In this document: piece after piece, positions 56,526-64,000 of the stretch
How the letters are laid out: each line of letters begins with the position of its first letter
Numbering within the stretch: position 1 is the stretch's first letter
NCBI GenBank assembly: GCA_965208575.1
Contig: CBDBOV010000004.1
Span: forward strand, 544,001 to 608,000
DNA from: Spirochaetia bacterium
Lineage (GTDB): Bacteria; Spirochaetota; Spirochaetia; SZUA-6; Bin103
Length of the DNA stretch: 64,000 bases
Direction of reading: 5' to 3'
Notes under the pieces: generated by a model
Told to the model about the DNA's origin: nothing
Database searches by the model: none
Seen by the model: the letters and a program-made list of their open reading frames with translations, nothing else
Program-made: the position numbers and the translations under genes

Positions 56526-56849
56526 GAGGTTTCCTCCAAACCTTCGTTGCTTCGAGAGTGGTGAATTCAGTGCCGGCCCGCGCCGACTCTCGCGGTATGC
56601 CTGCGATTCGCAGGGACCGAACAGCGAAGGCGGCACCCTCGACCACGAGCAGTGCCTGGGGGCGCCGGCGGGTGGACCGCGGGCGAGCGGCCCGTTGCCG
56701 GGAGTTCCCGCCTGGTGAGGTGACCGGCCGACGACGAATCGGCCGCGAGGCAGCGCCGCGGTCAGCGGACCGCGCAGGCTGCGCAGAAGGTAGCGGTCGC
56801 GCCCGGCTAACTCGTTAGTGTTTCTGAGGTTGTATGGAAATGGCCCCGG

Positions 56850-57007
56850 TGGTGGGGGGGGGTACAGAGGGCGTAGAGCGGCGGTAGAGCGCACCGGTTG
56901 CGCTTTCTGGAACCGGCGGCGGCGCTGGGTACTGTCGTCACGCGTCATTTGCATCCGTTCCACCCGAAGCCCGCAGCCATCATTGCACACGCACGGCATA
57001 CCGTCAA
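56850..57007 (-). promoter_or_regulatory. Divergent copy of the promoter/leader repeat with a C9 tract
   Basis: TTGACG(57007)-17-AATGAT; acggatgc..atgacgcgtgacgacagt..cagcgc..gccggtt..cgcaaccggtgc..taccccccccc. Confidence 0.65.
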
Positions 57008-57022
57008 ATGGCCGCGGGGACG

Positions 57023-58460
57023 GGGTGCGAACGCCGAAAGCGGTAGCAAATCATTGACTCTGAGGCGGAAAAAAGGTCTACCTACCCCACGACACCACAC
57101 CATGGGGAGGTAGACCATGAATACGGAAGGACTTATAACGGCCGCCGAGGGCCTTGTCAAGGAGTTGCAAGGGCGCATCAACGGCGGCCGGATGGATCTC
57201 CAGGAGGCGGAAGCCAAGATCCTTGAGATGGTGAACTGGATCGGCGACGAGATGGTGCAGGAAGTGGTAGCCGGACTCGCGGAGCCGACATCCGCCAACC
57301 AGATCACGGTTGGCGGTGAGGTGGCAGTGTTCGAGCGGGTGCGTAACCTGCGGTTCATCAACCGCTTCGGCGAAGAAGTGGTGCACCCGCGGCGCTGCTA
57401 CCGGTACCGGCACCGGAGCGGAGGCGTGGCGCCGCTGGATGTGAAGCTGGGGATCGACGGGTGCTTCGGATTCTCACCGCTGATGACGTACCTGATCTGC
57501 ATGCTGGGCGCGGATGAGTCGTATGCCGGTGCAGCGGCAAAACTGGAGGCGATGCTCGGGTTCAAGGTGAGCTCGACGGCGGTGCAGCGCACTACCGAGA
57601 AGACGGGAGAGCGGATACCCGATACCCCCGACGATCTAATTGATGAGCAGCGTCAGCGGCAGCCATGTTCCCTGATGGTGGTCGAGGTAGACGGAACGAC
57701 GAGCCCGCAGATCACGGAGCAGGAAGGGATTACTGGTCTTGCCAGCCTCCGGGCGCCGACCTGTTACAAGGAGTGCAACCTGATAGTCATCGAGAAGCAC
57801 GATGATGGCAAGGTGATCGACCGCTGGACCGGAGGACGCTATGGACCACGCGGTGAGTTTGCCGGCTACGCCGAGCAGGCTGGACTGCGAATGGGCTTCC
57901 TGGACGCTCCACGAACGCTGTTCCTCGGTGATGGTGCACACCACAACTGGGAACTGCAGCAGACCCACTTCCCCGGCGCGATACCGATCCTGGACTACTA
58001 CCACGCGGCTGAGCACCTCGCCGATTACTGCAAGCTGCTGTCTGCTACGCTACGCGATGCCGTCGAGCGCAGCTTGTCCACGATGATGTGGGAAGGCGAG
58101 GTGCTGCAGATGATCCACGAGATGAAGCGTTCACTGTCGAAGGTCACCGATACTGACGAAGCGTGGAAGCAGATCAACTACTTCACGAACAACCAGGACC
58201 GTATGGACTATGCCCGTTACCGCGATCTCGGGTGGCCGATCGGCAGTGGCTTGGTCGAAGGGCAGTGCAAATTGGTTGTCGGTCGACGCTTCAAGGGCAA
58301 CGGGATGAGATGGCGACCGCACGACAACCGCTGCGTGCTACGCACCCGTCTGGCTCTGCTCAACGGCGACCTCAAGCGCTATTTCAGTCCTCCTGACGAC
58401 TGCGAGATCAAAGCGGCCTGATCGTGTCAACCCCTGTTACCGCTTTTGGCATTGGCACCC
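57023..58460 (+). mobile_element. Mutator-like IS, copy 2, 1438 bp
   Basis: Same TIRs and protein as copy 1; 8-bp TSD cggggacg. Confidence 0.9.
57117..58421 (+). CDS. DDE transposase (Mutator-like)
   Basis: Translation identical to 36050-37354. Confidence 0.92.
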   Translation: MNTEGLITAAEGLVKELQGRINGGRMDLQEAEAKILEMVNWIGDEMVQEVVAGLAEPTSANQITVGGEVAVFERVRNLRFINRFGEEVVHPRRCYRYRHRSGGVAPLDVKLGIDGCFGFSPLMTYLICMLGADESYAGAAAKLEAMLGFKVSSTAVQRTTEKTGERIPDTPDDLIDEQRQRQPCSLMVVEVDGTTSPQITEQEGITGLASLRAPTCYKECNLIVIEKHDDGKVIDRWTGGRYGPRGEFAGYAEQAGLRMGFLDAPRTLFLGDGAHHNWELQQTHFPGAIPILDYYHAAEHLADYCKLLSATLRDAVERSLSTMMWEGEVLQMIHEMKRSLSKVTDTDEAWKQINYFTNNQDRMDYARYRDLGWPIGSGLVEGQCKLVVGRRFKGNGMRWRPHDNRCVLRTRLALLNGDLKRYFSPPDDCEIKAA

Positions 58461-58562
58461 CGGGGACGAGGGGGACGAGGGCACGGTCAAGCCCCAGGAT
58501 GGCCGCGGGGCGCCGGGGCATTGGCCTAGGCCAGTCCACTGGATAGTCTTTACGCCGCCCTA

Positions 58563-58796
58563 CTAGGAAGAAGAGCTCGCCTCCAGTTGCTGCTTGAGCC
58601 GGCCAAATGTGGCCTCGTCGATTCCGGTGGCCGCCTCTATCGTGGCCCACGGAACATCCCGGTCCAGCAATCCTTCGATGGTGCTTACCTGAGTCATGAG
58701 TACCCCTTCCTGGCGGCCCTCCCTAAGGCCCTTCTGACGGGCTTCCTGCTGTATCACCTCGCCGTAGATCTCAAGCATCTCCTGCGTCTTGTTCAT
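58563..58796 (-). CDS. Putative in-frame internal small protein (RpnS-like antitoxin), 77 aa
   Basis: GGAGGT (58811-58806) 9 nt before the in-frame ATG of MNKTQEM..EARQKGLREGRQEG. Confidence 0.6.
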   Translation of the reverse strand: MNKTQEMLEIYGEVIQQEARQKGLREGRQEGVLMTQVSTIEGLLDRDVPWATIEAATGIDEATFGRLKQQLEASSSS

Positions 58797-59537
58797 CAGT
58801 TCTGCACCTCCCGGTACGTGTCGCCGTACCGCATCCGCGAATCTGTCCCAGCGCTCCGGTTCCCTCGTCGTGGCCGCCATGTACACGACGATCTGCCTCA
58901 GTTCGTCGGTTCCCCCGACCTGCACCAGCTCCGCCAGAAGCGGCACCAACCGCCGCATCACCGGCCAACTTGCCCGGTACGCCGCCATCAGCGCCAGTTG
59001 CGCGATGCGACCGCGCAACTCACCGCGCAACTCACTTGGCCCCACCTTCGTCTGGTCGACCAAGAGGTGCGCGTAGCGCGGCACTCCCGGCCAGCCTCGA
59101 ACTTCCGGGACGAACAACTCCGAGAACTCGCGCGCGGGGCTCCAGCCGTGCCGCCCCTGGTACAACACCAGCGGCACTATCGGGCGCAGGTGCTGCTCAT
59201 CGGGGTACTGCTTCCGATCCCGTTCCCAGATCCTGATACTGTACTTCAGCAGCCGCAGCCGCAACCAGGGGTCCGGCGTCGACTGGTGCTCCAGCAACAC
59301 GTACAGCCACACCGGTTCGTCATCAGCCTTGCGCTGAACCGCGTACAGCAGGTCCGATTCGCTGTCGCGTAACCGGTCGTCGATGAAGCTGACCTCCTGC
59401 CCCTTGAGGCTCGACCACAGCAACTCGTTGTTGACCGCCTCCGGCAGGTGCGCCCGCAGCAGGCCGGCCGCCTCGGCCTCCTCTCGGAACACAGATCGGA
59501 ACAGGTGATCGTGGGGCTTGGAGACCTCGCCGGCCAT
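58563..59537 (-). CDS. Rpn/YhgA-like PD-(D/E)XK nuclease
   Basis: PHDHLFR, SFID..L...ESDLLY, YVLLEHQS, PIVPLVLYQG. Confidence 0.9.
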   Translation of the reverse strand: MAGEVSKPHDHLFRSVFREEAEAAGLLRAHLPEAVNNELLWSSLKGQEVSFIDDRLRDSESDLLYAVQRKADDEPVWLYVLLEHQSTPDPWLRLRLLKYSIRIWERDRKQYPDEQHLRPIVPLVLYQGRHGWSPAREFSELFVPEVRGWPGVPRYAHLLVDQTKVGPSELRGELRGRIAQLALMAAYRASWPVMRRLVPLLAELVQVGGTDELRQIVVYMAATTREPERWDRFADAVRRHVPGGAELMNKTQEMLEIYGEVIQQEARQKGLREGRQEGVLMTQVSTIEGLLDRDVPWATIEAATGIDEATFGRLKQQLEASSSS

Positions 59538-59936
59538 GACGACGGCGGCACGGTATTGCCTTCCGCGACGCGCTGTCAACGGCCCCAACCGGCCCGGGCC
59601 GAGTTGGCCACCACGGCGCCGACCGTGCCCGAGGTCGCGGTCGCCACCACCGTGTCCCCGGCCAAAGGTATCGCGGGGTTTGACGCCGCTACTTCGGGCT
59701 GAGCAACGAGGTGACCCGGCAATCGGCGAGATTGGTCGCCACGACCCTCGAGCTAGAGCGGTGGCGCCCGATCACCGAGGGCGCCAGTCTGCTTCTCCGT
59801 ACACCAACCATGCATCCACCCGACGGCCGTCCCAGTGATAGCAGAGGTGTCTGCCAGGGACGGGAAGGCCCGCCACGGCGGCTGACTTCTGCCGCGGCAC
59901 CACGCGCGCGGGATAGTCCTCGCTACACGACCCTCG

Positions 59937-60872
59937 TCACGGCACGTGCAGCCGGCACAGCACCAGGTTGTCCTGGTCCAGGTTGTGCGACCAGATGAAG
60001 TCGGCGCGCCGAAAGTGGCGTCGATAGTCCCGGTACGCACGCTGGTTGGTCACGGCGCGCGGCGGGAAGGTGGATGCCTGGTGCCACTCCGAGTCGTCGT
60101 ACTCCGGCGAGGCCCAGTCGTCGGGCACCGGGAAGTGCAGCGCCCGGCACGAAGCCGGGTCCCGCTCCACGCAGGGCGGCCGCTCGGGACAGGCCGACGA
60201 GTCGGGGCCCGGGCCGACGCAGGACCGGTCCTCAAGAGGACTGATGTAGTAGGCGCGGCACTTCCAATCCGCGCCGGTCCCGGTGCCGTCGCTGAACCGC
60301 GCAATGAAGCCTCCATCACCCACGTTCCAGCGGTCGTACTCCATGCCGACCCCGAGGTGCGTGCCCCAGTCCACCAGCTTGACGGCGTAGGTCAACGGCT
60401 GCCTGGCCCTGAAGCGGACGACCCCCGAGTTGAAGGGCACAAAGCCCACAGGGTCCCGGGCGACGATGGTTCCGTTGACGTAGAGCTCGTAGTAGTTGTC
60501 GCCGAACAGGTACCCGGTGACCTCCTCCCCGTCGGCATCGATCACGACAGTCTCGAGGTCGTCGAGATGCGCCGGGTTGTGGCCGGGACCGGTGCAACTG
60601 TTGTACAGGTCGGTCGGATCCGGCCCGTCCGCCGGCACCACGGGCACCTGCAGGTGGGTTCCGTCCGGCGTCGTCACGATCCCGCAGCGCGCCTCGATGA
60701 AGCGGCGCGCGCTCCCGGTGCAGGCCGTGGCAAGGTTCCCGCACGAGAAGGTCTCGGTCGCCAACCCCTGGGTGACAATCCCCCCGTCGGGAGACTCCTG
60801 AGCGAACACGGCGCCCGCCAACATGAGTGCGGCGAGTATGCAGGCACCAGACCGGCGTGGGTTCACATTCAC
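59937..60872 (-). CDS. Secreted Cys-rich hypothetical protein, copy 2
   Basis: 8 amino-acid differences from copy 1 by my reading. Confidence 0.8.
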   Translation of the reverse strand: MNVNPRRSGACILAALMLAGAVFAQESPDGGIVTQGLATETFSCGNLATACTGSARRFIEARCGIVTTPDGTHLQVPVVPADGPDPTDLYNSCTGPGHNPAHLDDLETVVIDADGEEVTGYLFGDNYYELYVNGTIVARDPVGFVPFNSGVVRFRARQPLTYAVKLVDWGTHLGVGMEYDRWNVGDGGFIARFSDGTGTGADWKCRAYYISPLEDRSCVGPGPDSSACPERPPCVERDPASCRALHFPVPDDWASPEYDDSEWHQASTFPPRAVTNQRAYRDYRRHFRRADFIWSHNLDQDNLVLCRLHVP

Positions 60873-60960
60873 GGCGCGGAAAGGTAGGCGGAAGCGGGAG
60901 GCTAGTCAATAGCTGACCGATTGACTTTCGTAGTGCTCTGTGCTTCAATGTGCGGGTTGG

Positions 60961-61047
60961 ATGCAACCATATCAACTGACCGTTCGTGCCCAAGCGGCAA
61001 AGGCGATCCGCAAGATGCCGAGGGCTGAACAGGTTACTCGGCGCTGA
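60961..61047 (+). pseudogene. Truncated relE start
   Basis: MQPYQLTVRAQAAKAIRKMPRAE, then homology to 51887 ends at 61028. Confidence 0.75.
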
Positions 61048-61229
61048 GTCGAACTGCCGCTCGGATTGCGCCGGCGGTTCCACCCAGGACTAGATGCGCC
61101 CGCACGCGCACGCCGCAGTCTTCATCGAGCCTCATCCCAGCCCCTGTACACCGCGTTCTCACCGGCACGCGTCTGCGTCAACCCTCGTTTCCGCTGCCAC
61201 GGCCACCCGCTCGCCGTCGTGCTAACCAG

Positions 61230-62219
61230 TCACGACCCCGCTGCAGCTCCCGGTGCTTTACGCTCGTTCGGTTCTCGATTACTCTTCCTATCATTACGTG
61301 GCGCCGTCGCACCCAGACGCCCCCCACCACCCCTGAGCCGCGGGTCGAGCAGGTCGCGCACCGCGTCGCCGAACATGTTCAAACAGTAAACGACAATGGT
61401 CAGGCAAACACCAGGCCAGATCGCCAGCCAGGGGGCCACCTCCATGTATTTGCGCCCTTCCCTGCTGAGCATACCTCCCCAGCTGGGAATCTGGACCGGC
61501 AGTCCGAATCCCAGGAAGCTCAGAGAGGCCTCGGAAATAATCACCCCCCCGATGTTGATGCTGAAGATGATGATGACAGTCGCCATAATATTGGGTAGCA
61601 CATGGCGCAACAGGATTTGGGGCGTGGGGGTGCCAACCGCCCTGGCTGCCAGGAAATAGTCATTGTCTTTAACACCGATAACGGCGCTTCTGACTATTCT
61701 CGATGCGGCGATACCTCCGAGGATCCCCAGGACCACGATGATCTGCGGCAAACCCCGCCCCACGATAGACATGACGGTCAACAAGATGAGCAGTCCCGGG
61801 AAGGCCATCCAGGTATCGACAAACCGCTGCACCACCAGGTCCAGTTTGCCGCCAATAAACCCTGAAATGCCGCCTATCAAGACAGCAACGACGACAATGA
61901 GCATAGTCGCTGACAGACCGACGACCAACGATAGACGAGCCCCGACGATAAGGCGGCTCAATAGGTCTCGCCCCAACTGGTCGGTCCCCAGGAGATACCG
62001 GGCTGATGGGCCAGTCAGCTTGTCTGCCAAGTGTCGCTCACTATATACGTAGGGTGATAGAACGTCTCCAAAGATAGCGACAATGATCAAGATCAAGATG
62101 ATCATCCCGCTGACAGCACCTAGTGGCTTCTCTTTGACCATCCTGATAAAGAAATCGGCCACCCCGCTACCTCTCATTGGCTCGATTGCTGGTGATGGCA
62201 TCCCGGTGGCGTCACTCAT
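61230..62219 (-). CDS. Peptide/nickel ABC permease (DppC type)
   Basis: LLGTDQLGRD, RHVLPN, GDAVRDLLDPR. Confidence 0.93.
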   Translation of the reverse strand: MSDATGMPSPAIEPMRGSGVADFFIRMVKEKPLGAVSGMIILILIIVAIFGDVLSPYVYSERHLADKLTGPSARYLLGTDQLGRDLLSRLIVGARLSLVVGLSATMLIVVVAVLIGGISGFIGGKLDLVVQRFVDTWMAFPGLLILLTVMSIVGRGLPQIIVVLGILGGIAASRIVRSAVIGVKDNDYFLAARAVGTPTPQILLRHVLPNIMATVIIIFSINIGGVIISEASLSFLGFGLPVQIPSWGGMLSREGRKYMEVAPWLAIWPGVCLTIVVYCLNMFGDAVRDLLDPRLRGGGGRLGATAPRNDRKSNREPNERKAPGAAAGS

Positions 62220-63180
62220 ATCGGACCCTGGGGTCCAGGTACGGATAAATCAGATCGATAAGCAGATTGGCGCCTACAACCATGGTGGCGAAAACCAGAT
62301 TCACTCCAGAGACCACCGGGTAGTCTCGTTCCTCGAGTGCACTCACCATAAGACGACCTAACCCCGGCAGAACGAAAATTTGCTCCAAGATAACCGAGCC
62401 ACCTATCAGGAGGGGGAGCTGCAGGCCTACGAGCGTGACTACCGGGATGAGGGCATTCTTGACGGCGTGTCGGATCACCACAGCCCGCTCCCTGAGCCCC
62501 TTGGACCAGGCCGTCCTGATATAGTCCTGCCGGAGCACCTCCAGCATCATGGTGCGGGTCATGCGCATTGTGCTTGCAGCCAGGGCCGTACCCAGAATCA
62601 GGCTGGGAATGAGGAACATTCCGAGATTCCCCAGCGGGTCTTCGCTGAACGTGATCAGCCGCATCGGCGGCGACCAGCCCCACCAGATCGCCGGGAAAAT
62701 CATGACCATGGTTCCCAGCCAGAAGTTGGGCGTGGCCAGGCCGATGATGGCAATAGAGCGCCCCGCGTAGTCAGCGGCAGTATCCTGGCGAATCGCCGAG
62801 TAGATGCCGACCGGCAGGGCTATCAAGAGCCCGATGACGATCGCCATGAGGCCAAGCTCGATAGTCACTGGCAATCTTTCAAGTATCTGGTCCTCTACCG
62901 AAAAGGTGCCAAACAGTGATTCGCCGAGGGTGCCGCGGAAAAGAATGCCGCTCATCCAGCGTCCATACTGCACCCACACAGGTACGTCTAATCCAAGTGC
63001 ACGCATGAGAGCTTCACGGTCTATCTCGAGTGTAGAACCAGGGGCCTGGACTTCCATCCGAGCTTCTATCATGTCTATTACGTCGCCCGGAAGGAACCGG
63101 ACCAAGAGAAAAACGAAGATGGTCAGCAAGAACAAGGTGGGGACTATGAGCAATAGCCGCCTGACCACATAGGCTCTCAT
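62212..63180 (-). CDS. Peptide/nickel ABC permease (DppB type)
   Basis: MRAYVVRRLL, QDYIRTAWSKGL. Confidence 0.93.
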   Translation of the reverse strand: MRAYVVRRLLLIVPTLFLLTIFVFLLVRFLPGDVIDMIEARMEVQAPGSTLEIDREALMRALGLDVPVWVQYGRWMSGILFRGTLGESLFGTFSVEDQILERLPVTIELGLMAIVIGLLIALPVGIYSAIRQDTAADYAGRSIAIIGLATPNFWLGTMVMIFPAIWWGWSPPMRLITFSEDPLGNLGMFLIPSLILGTALAASTMRMTRTMMLEVLRQDYIRTAWSKGLRERAVVIRHAVKNALIPVVTLVGLQLPLLIGGSVILEQIFVLPGLGRLMVSALEERDYPVVSGVNLVFATMVVGANLLIDLIYPYLDPRVRYE

Positions 63181-63252
63181 GAGCTACACCTCATTGTCGT
63201 CATCGCCGCCCGTCTCTTGTCATCGCGACACCCGATAGCCCAAAATAAGTGA

Positions 63253-63285
63253 GGGAGCTGGGAAGCCTGTGCCTCCGCAGCTCCC
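63253..63285 (-). terminator. Intercistronic stem-loop after the SBP gene
   Basis: gggagctggga..ccgcagctccc, homolog of 10640-10671. Confidence 0.55.
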
Positions 63286-63319
63286 TTTTCCATGAGATCA
63301 GCTACAAAGGGTCAAACGC

Positions 63320-64000
63320 CTAATAGCCCATGGCTCTCTTCAGTTCACTATCAATCCAGAGGCGGGAGAAGACCACCATGTTTTGCATTCCTCCAAAGCC
63401 GCCTTCGCCGTTATAGCCGATCACCCACGGCCAGTGAACGCTAAAGGCTGGCGCCAAAGGCCCCCAGATAGCCCAGAACTGCTCTATAATGCGCCAGTCC
63501 ATCTGTCTAAACAGCGCCTTCTGTTCCTCGATGGTGGTAGCCACTTGGGCGGCCTCATACAGGGCGTCATATTCCGGGTCCGAGACTCCAGTGTTTCCGG
63601 GATTGCCGCTCCAATAAAGATGCATATTGATGCTTGGATCAGCCTTGATGCCCAGGACCTGAGGCCCAATCTCCCAGTCGCCAGCACGTCTTCTCGCGTT
63701 AGATTCTGCCATGCTAGGCGTCTCAATGTCCACGACAACGCCAATGTCACGCCAGTACTCTGCGACTAATTCTGCCCAGCTCACCTCAATCTGCGGAAAG
63801 TGCATGTACGTGGTCTTGAATCTCATGCCGTCCGCGCCACGGGGAAGCCCAGCCTCATCAAGCAGCTTCTCTGCCCCCGCCGGATCATACCTGTGGTATC
63901 GCTTGATTTCTTCCGGCCACTCTTCAAATGGGACGTGATAGCCCTTGAATTCCAGGGCGACTATGCCCCGAGGAATCGTATCTGCAGCACCCTTGTAGAA
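63320..64000 (-). CDS. Family-5 ABC substrate-binding protein, 5' part beyond the window
   Basis: AEKLLDEAG.PRGADG.RFK..GYNGE..RLWIDSELKRAMGY. Confidence 0.9.
   Translation of the reverse strand, partial: FYKGAADTIPRGIVALEFKGYHVPFEEWPEEIKRYHRYDPAGAEKLLDEAGLPRGADGMRFKTTYMHFPQIEVSWAELVAEYWRDIGVVVDIETPSMAESNARRRAGDWEIGPQVLGIKADPSINMHLYWSGNPGNTGVSDPEYDALYEAAQVATTIEEQKALFRQMDWRIIEQFWAIWGPLAPAFSVHWPWVIGYNGEGGFGGMQNMVVFSRLWIDSELKRAMGY

Noticed and set aside
59590-59935. Short ORFs between rpn and the duplicated gene
   Set aside because: No recognisable motifs; probably decayed fragments

Overview
GC-rich bacterial chromosome segment under heavy turnover; the signal-peptide style and gene content suggest a host-associated heterotroph, possibly a sponge-type spirochaete (inference only). 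Its dominant structure is five paralogous family-5 (Dpp/Opp/Nik-type) ABC importer modules (SBP-permease-permease, none with an ATPase). These have divergent binding proteins but shared flanks: a promoter/short-leader repeat that can carry a poly-C tract, a conserved structured RNA leader, REP-like hairpin clusters, and shared downstream sequence. Two modules form a ~12.6 kb inverted arrangement around an M20 deacylase, and two sit in a direct-repeat arrangement. Also present: a phnA + Zn-alcohol dehydrogenase + aldehyde dehydrogenase operon (candidate 2-hydroxyethylphosphonate catabolism); an IS110 inserted in a DUF433 gene, with readable bridge-RNA-like guides; two apparently identical Mutator-like IS copies, each inserted 7 bp from a TTGACG -35 box; two group II intron remnants; about nine toxin-antitoxin/defence loci or relics, including an Rpn gene with an internal RBS/ATG; a carbohydrate ABC cluster; tRNA-Arg(CCG); and many fused gene fragments. 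No CRISPR array or rRNA was seen. All calls come from motif recognition by eye; no database searches were run.
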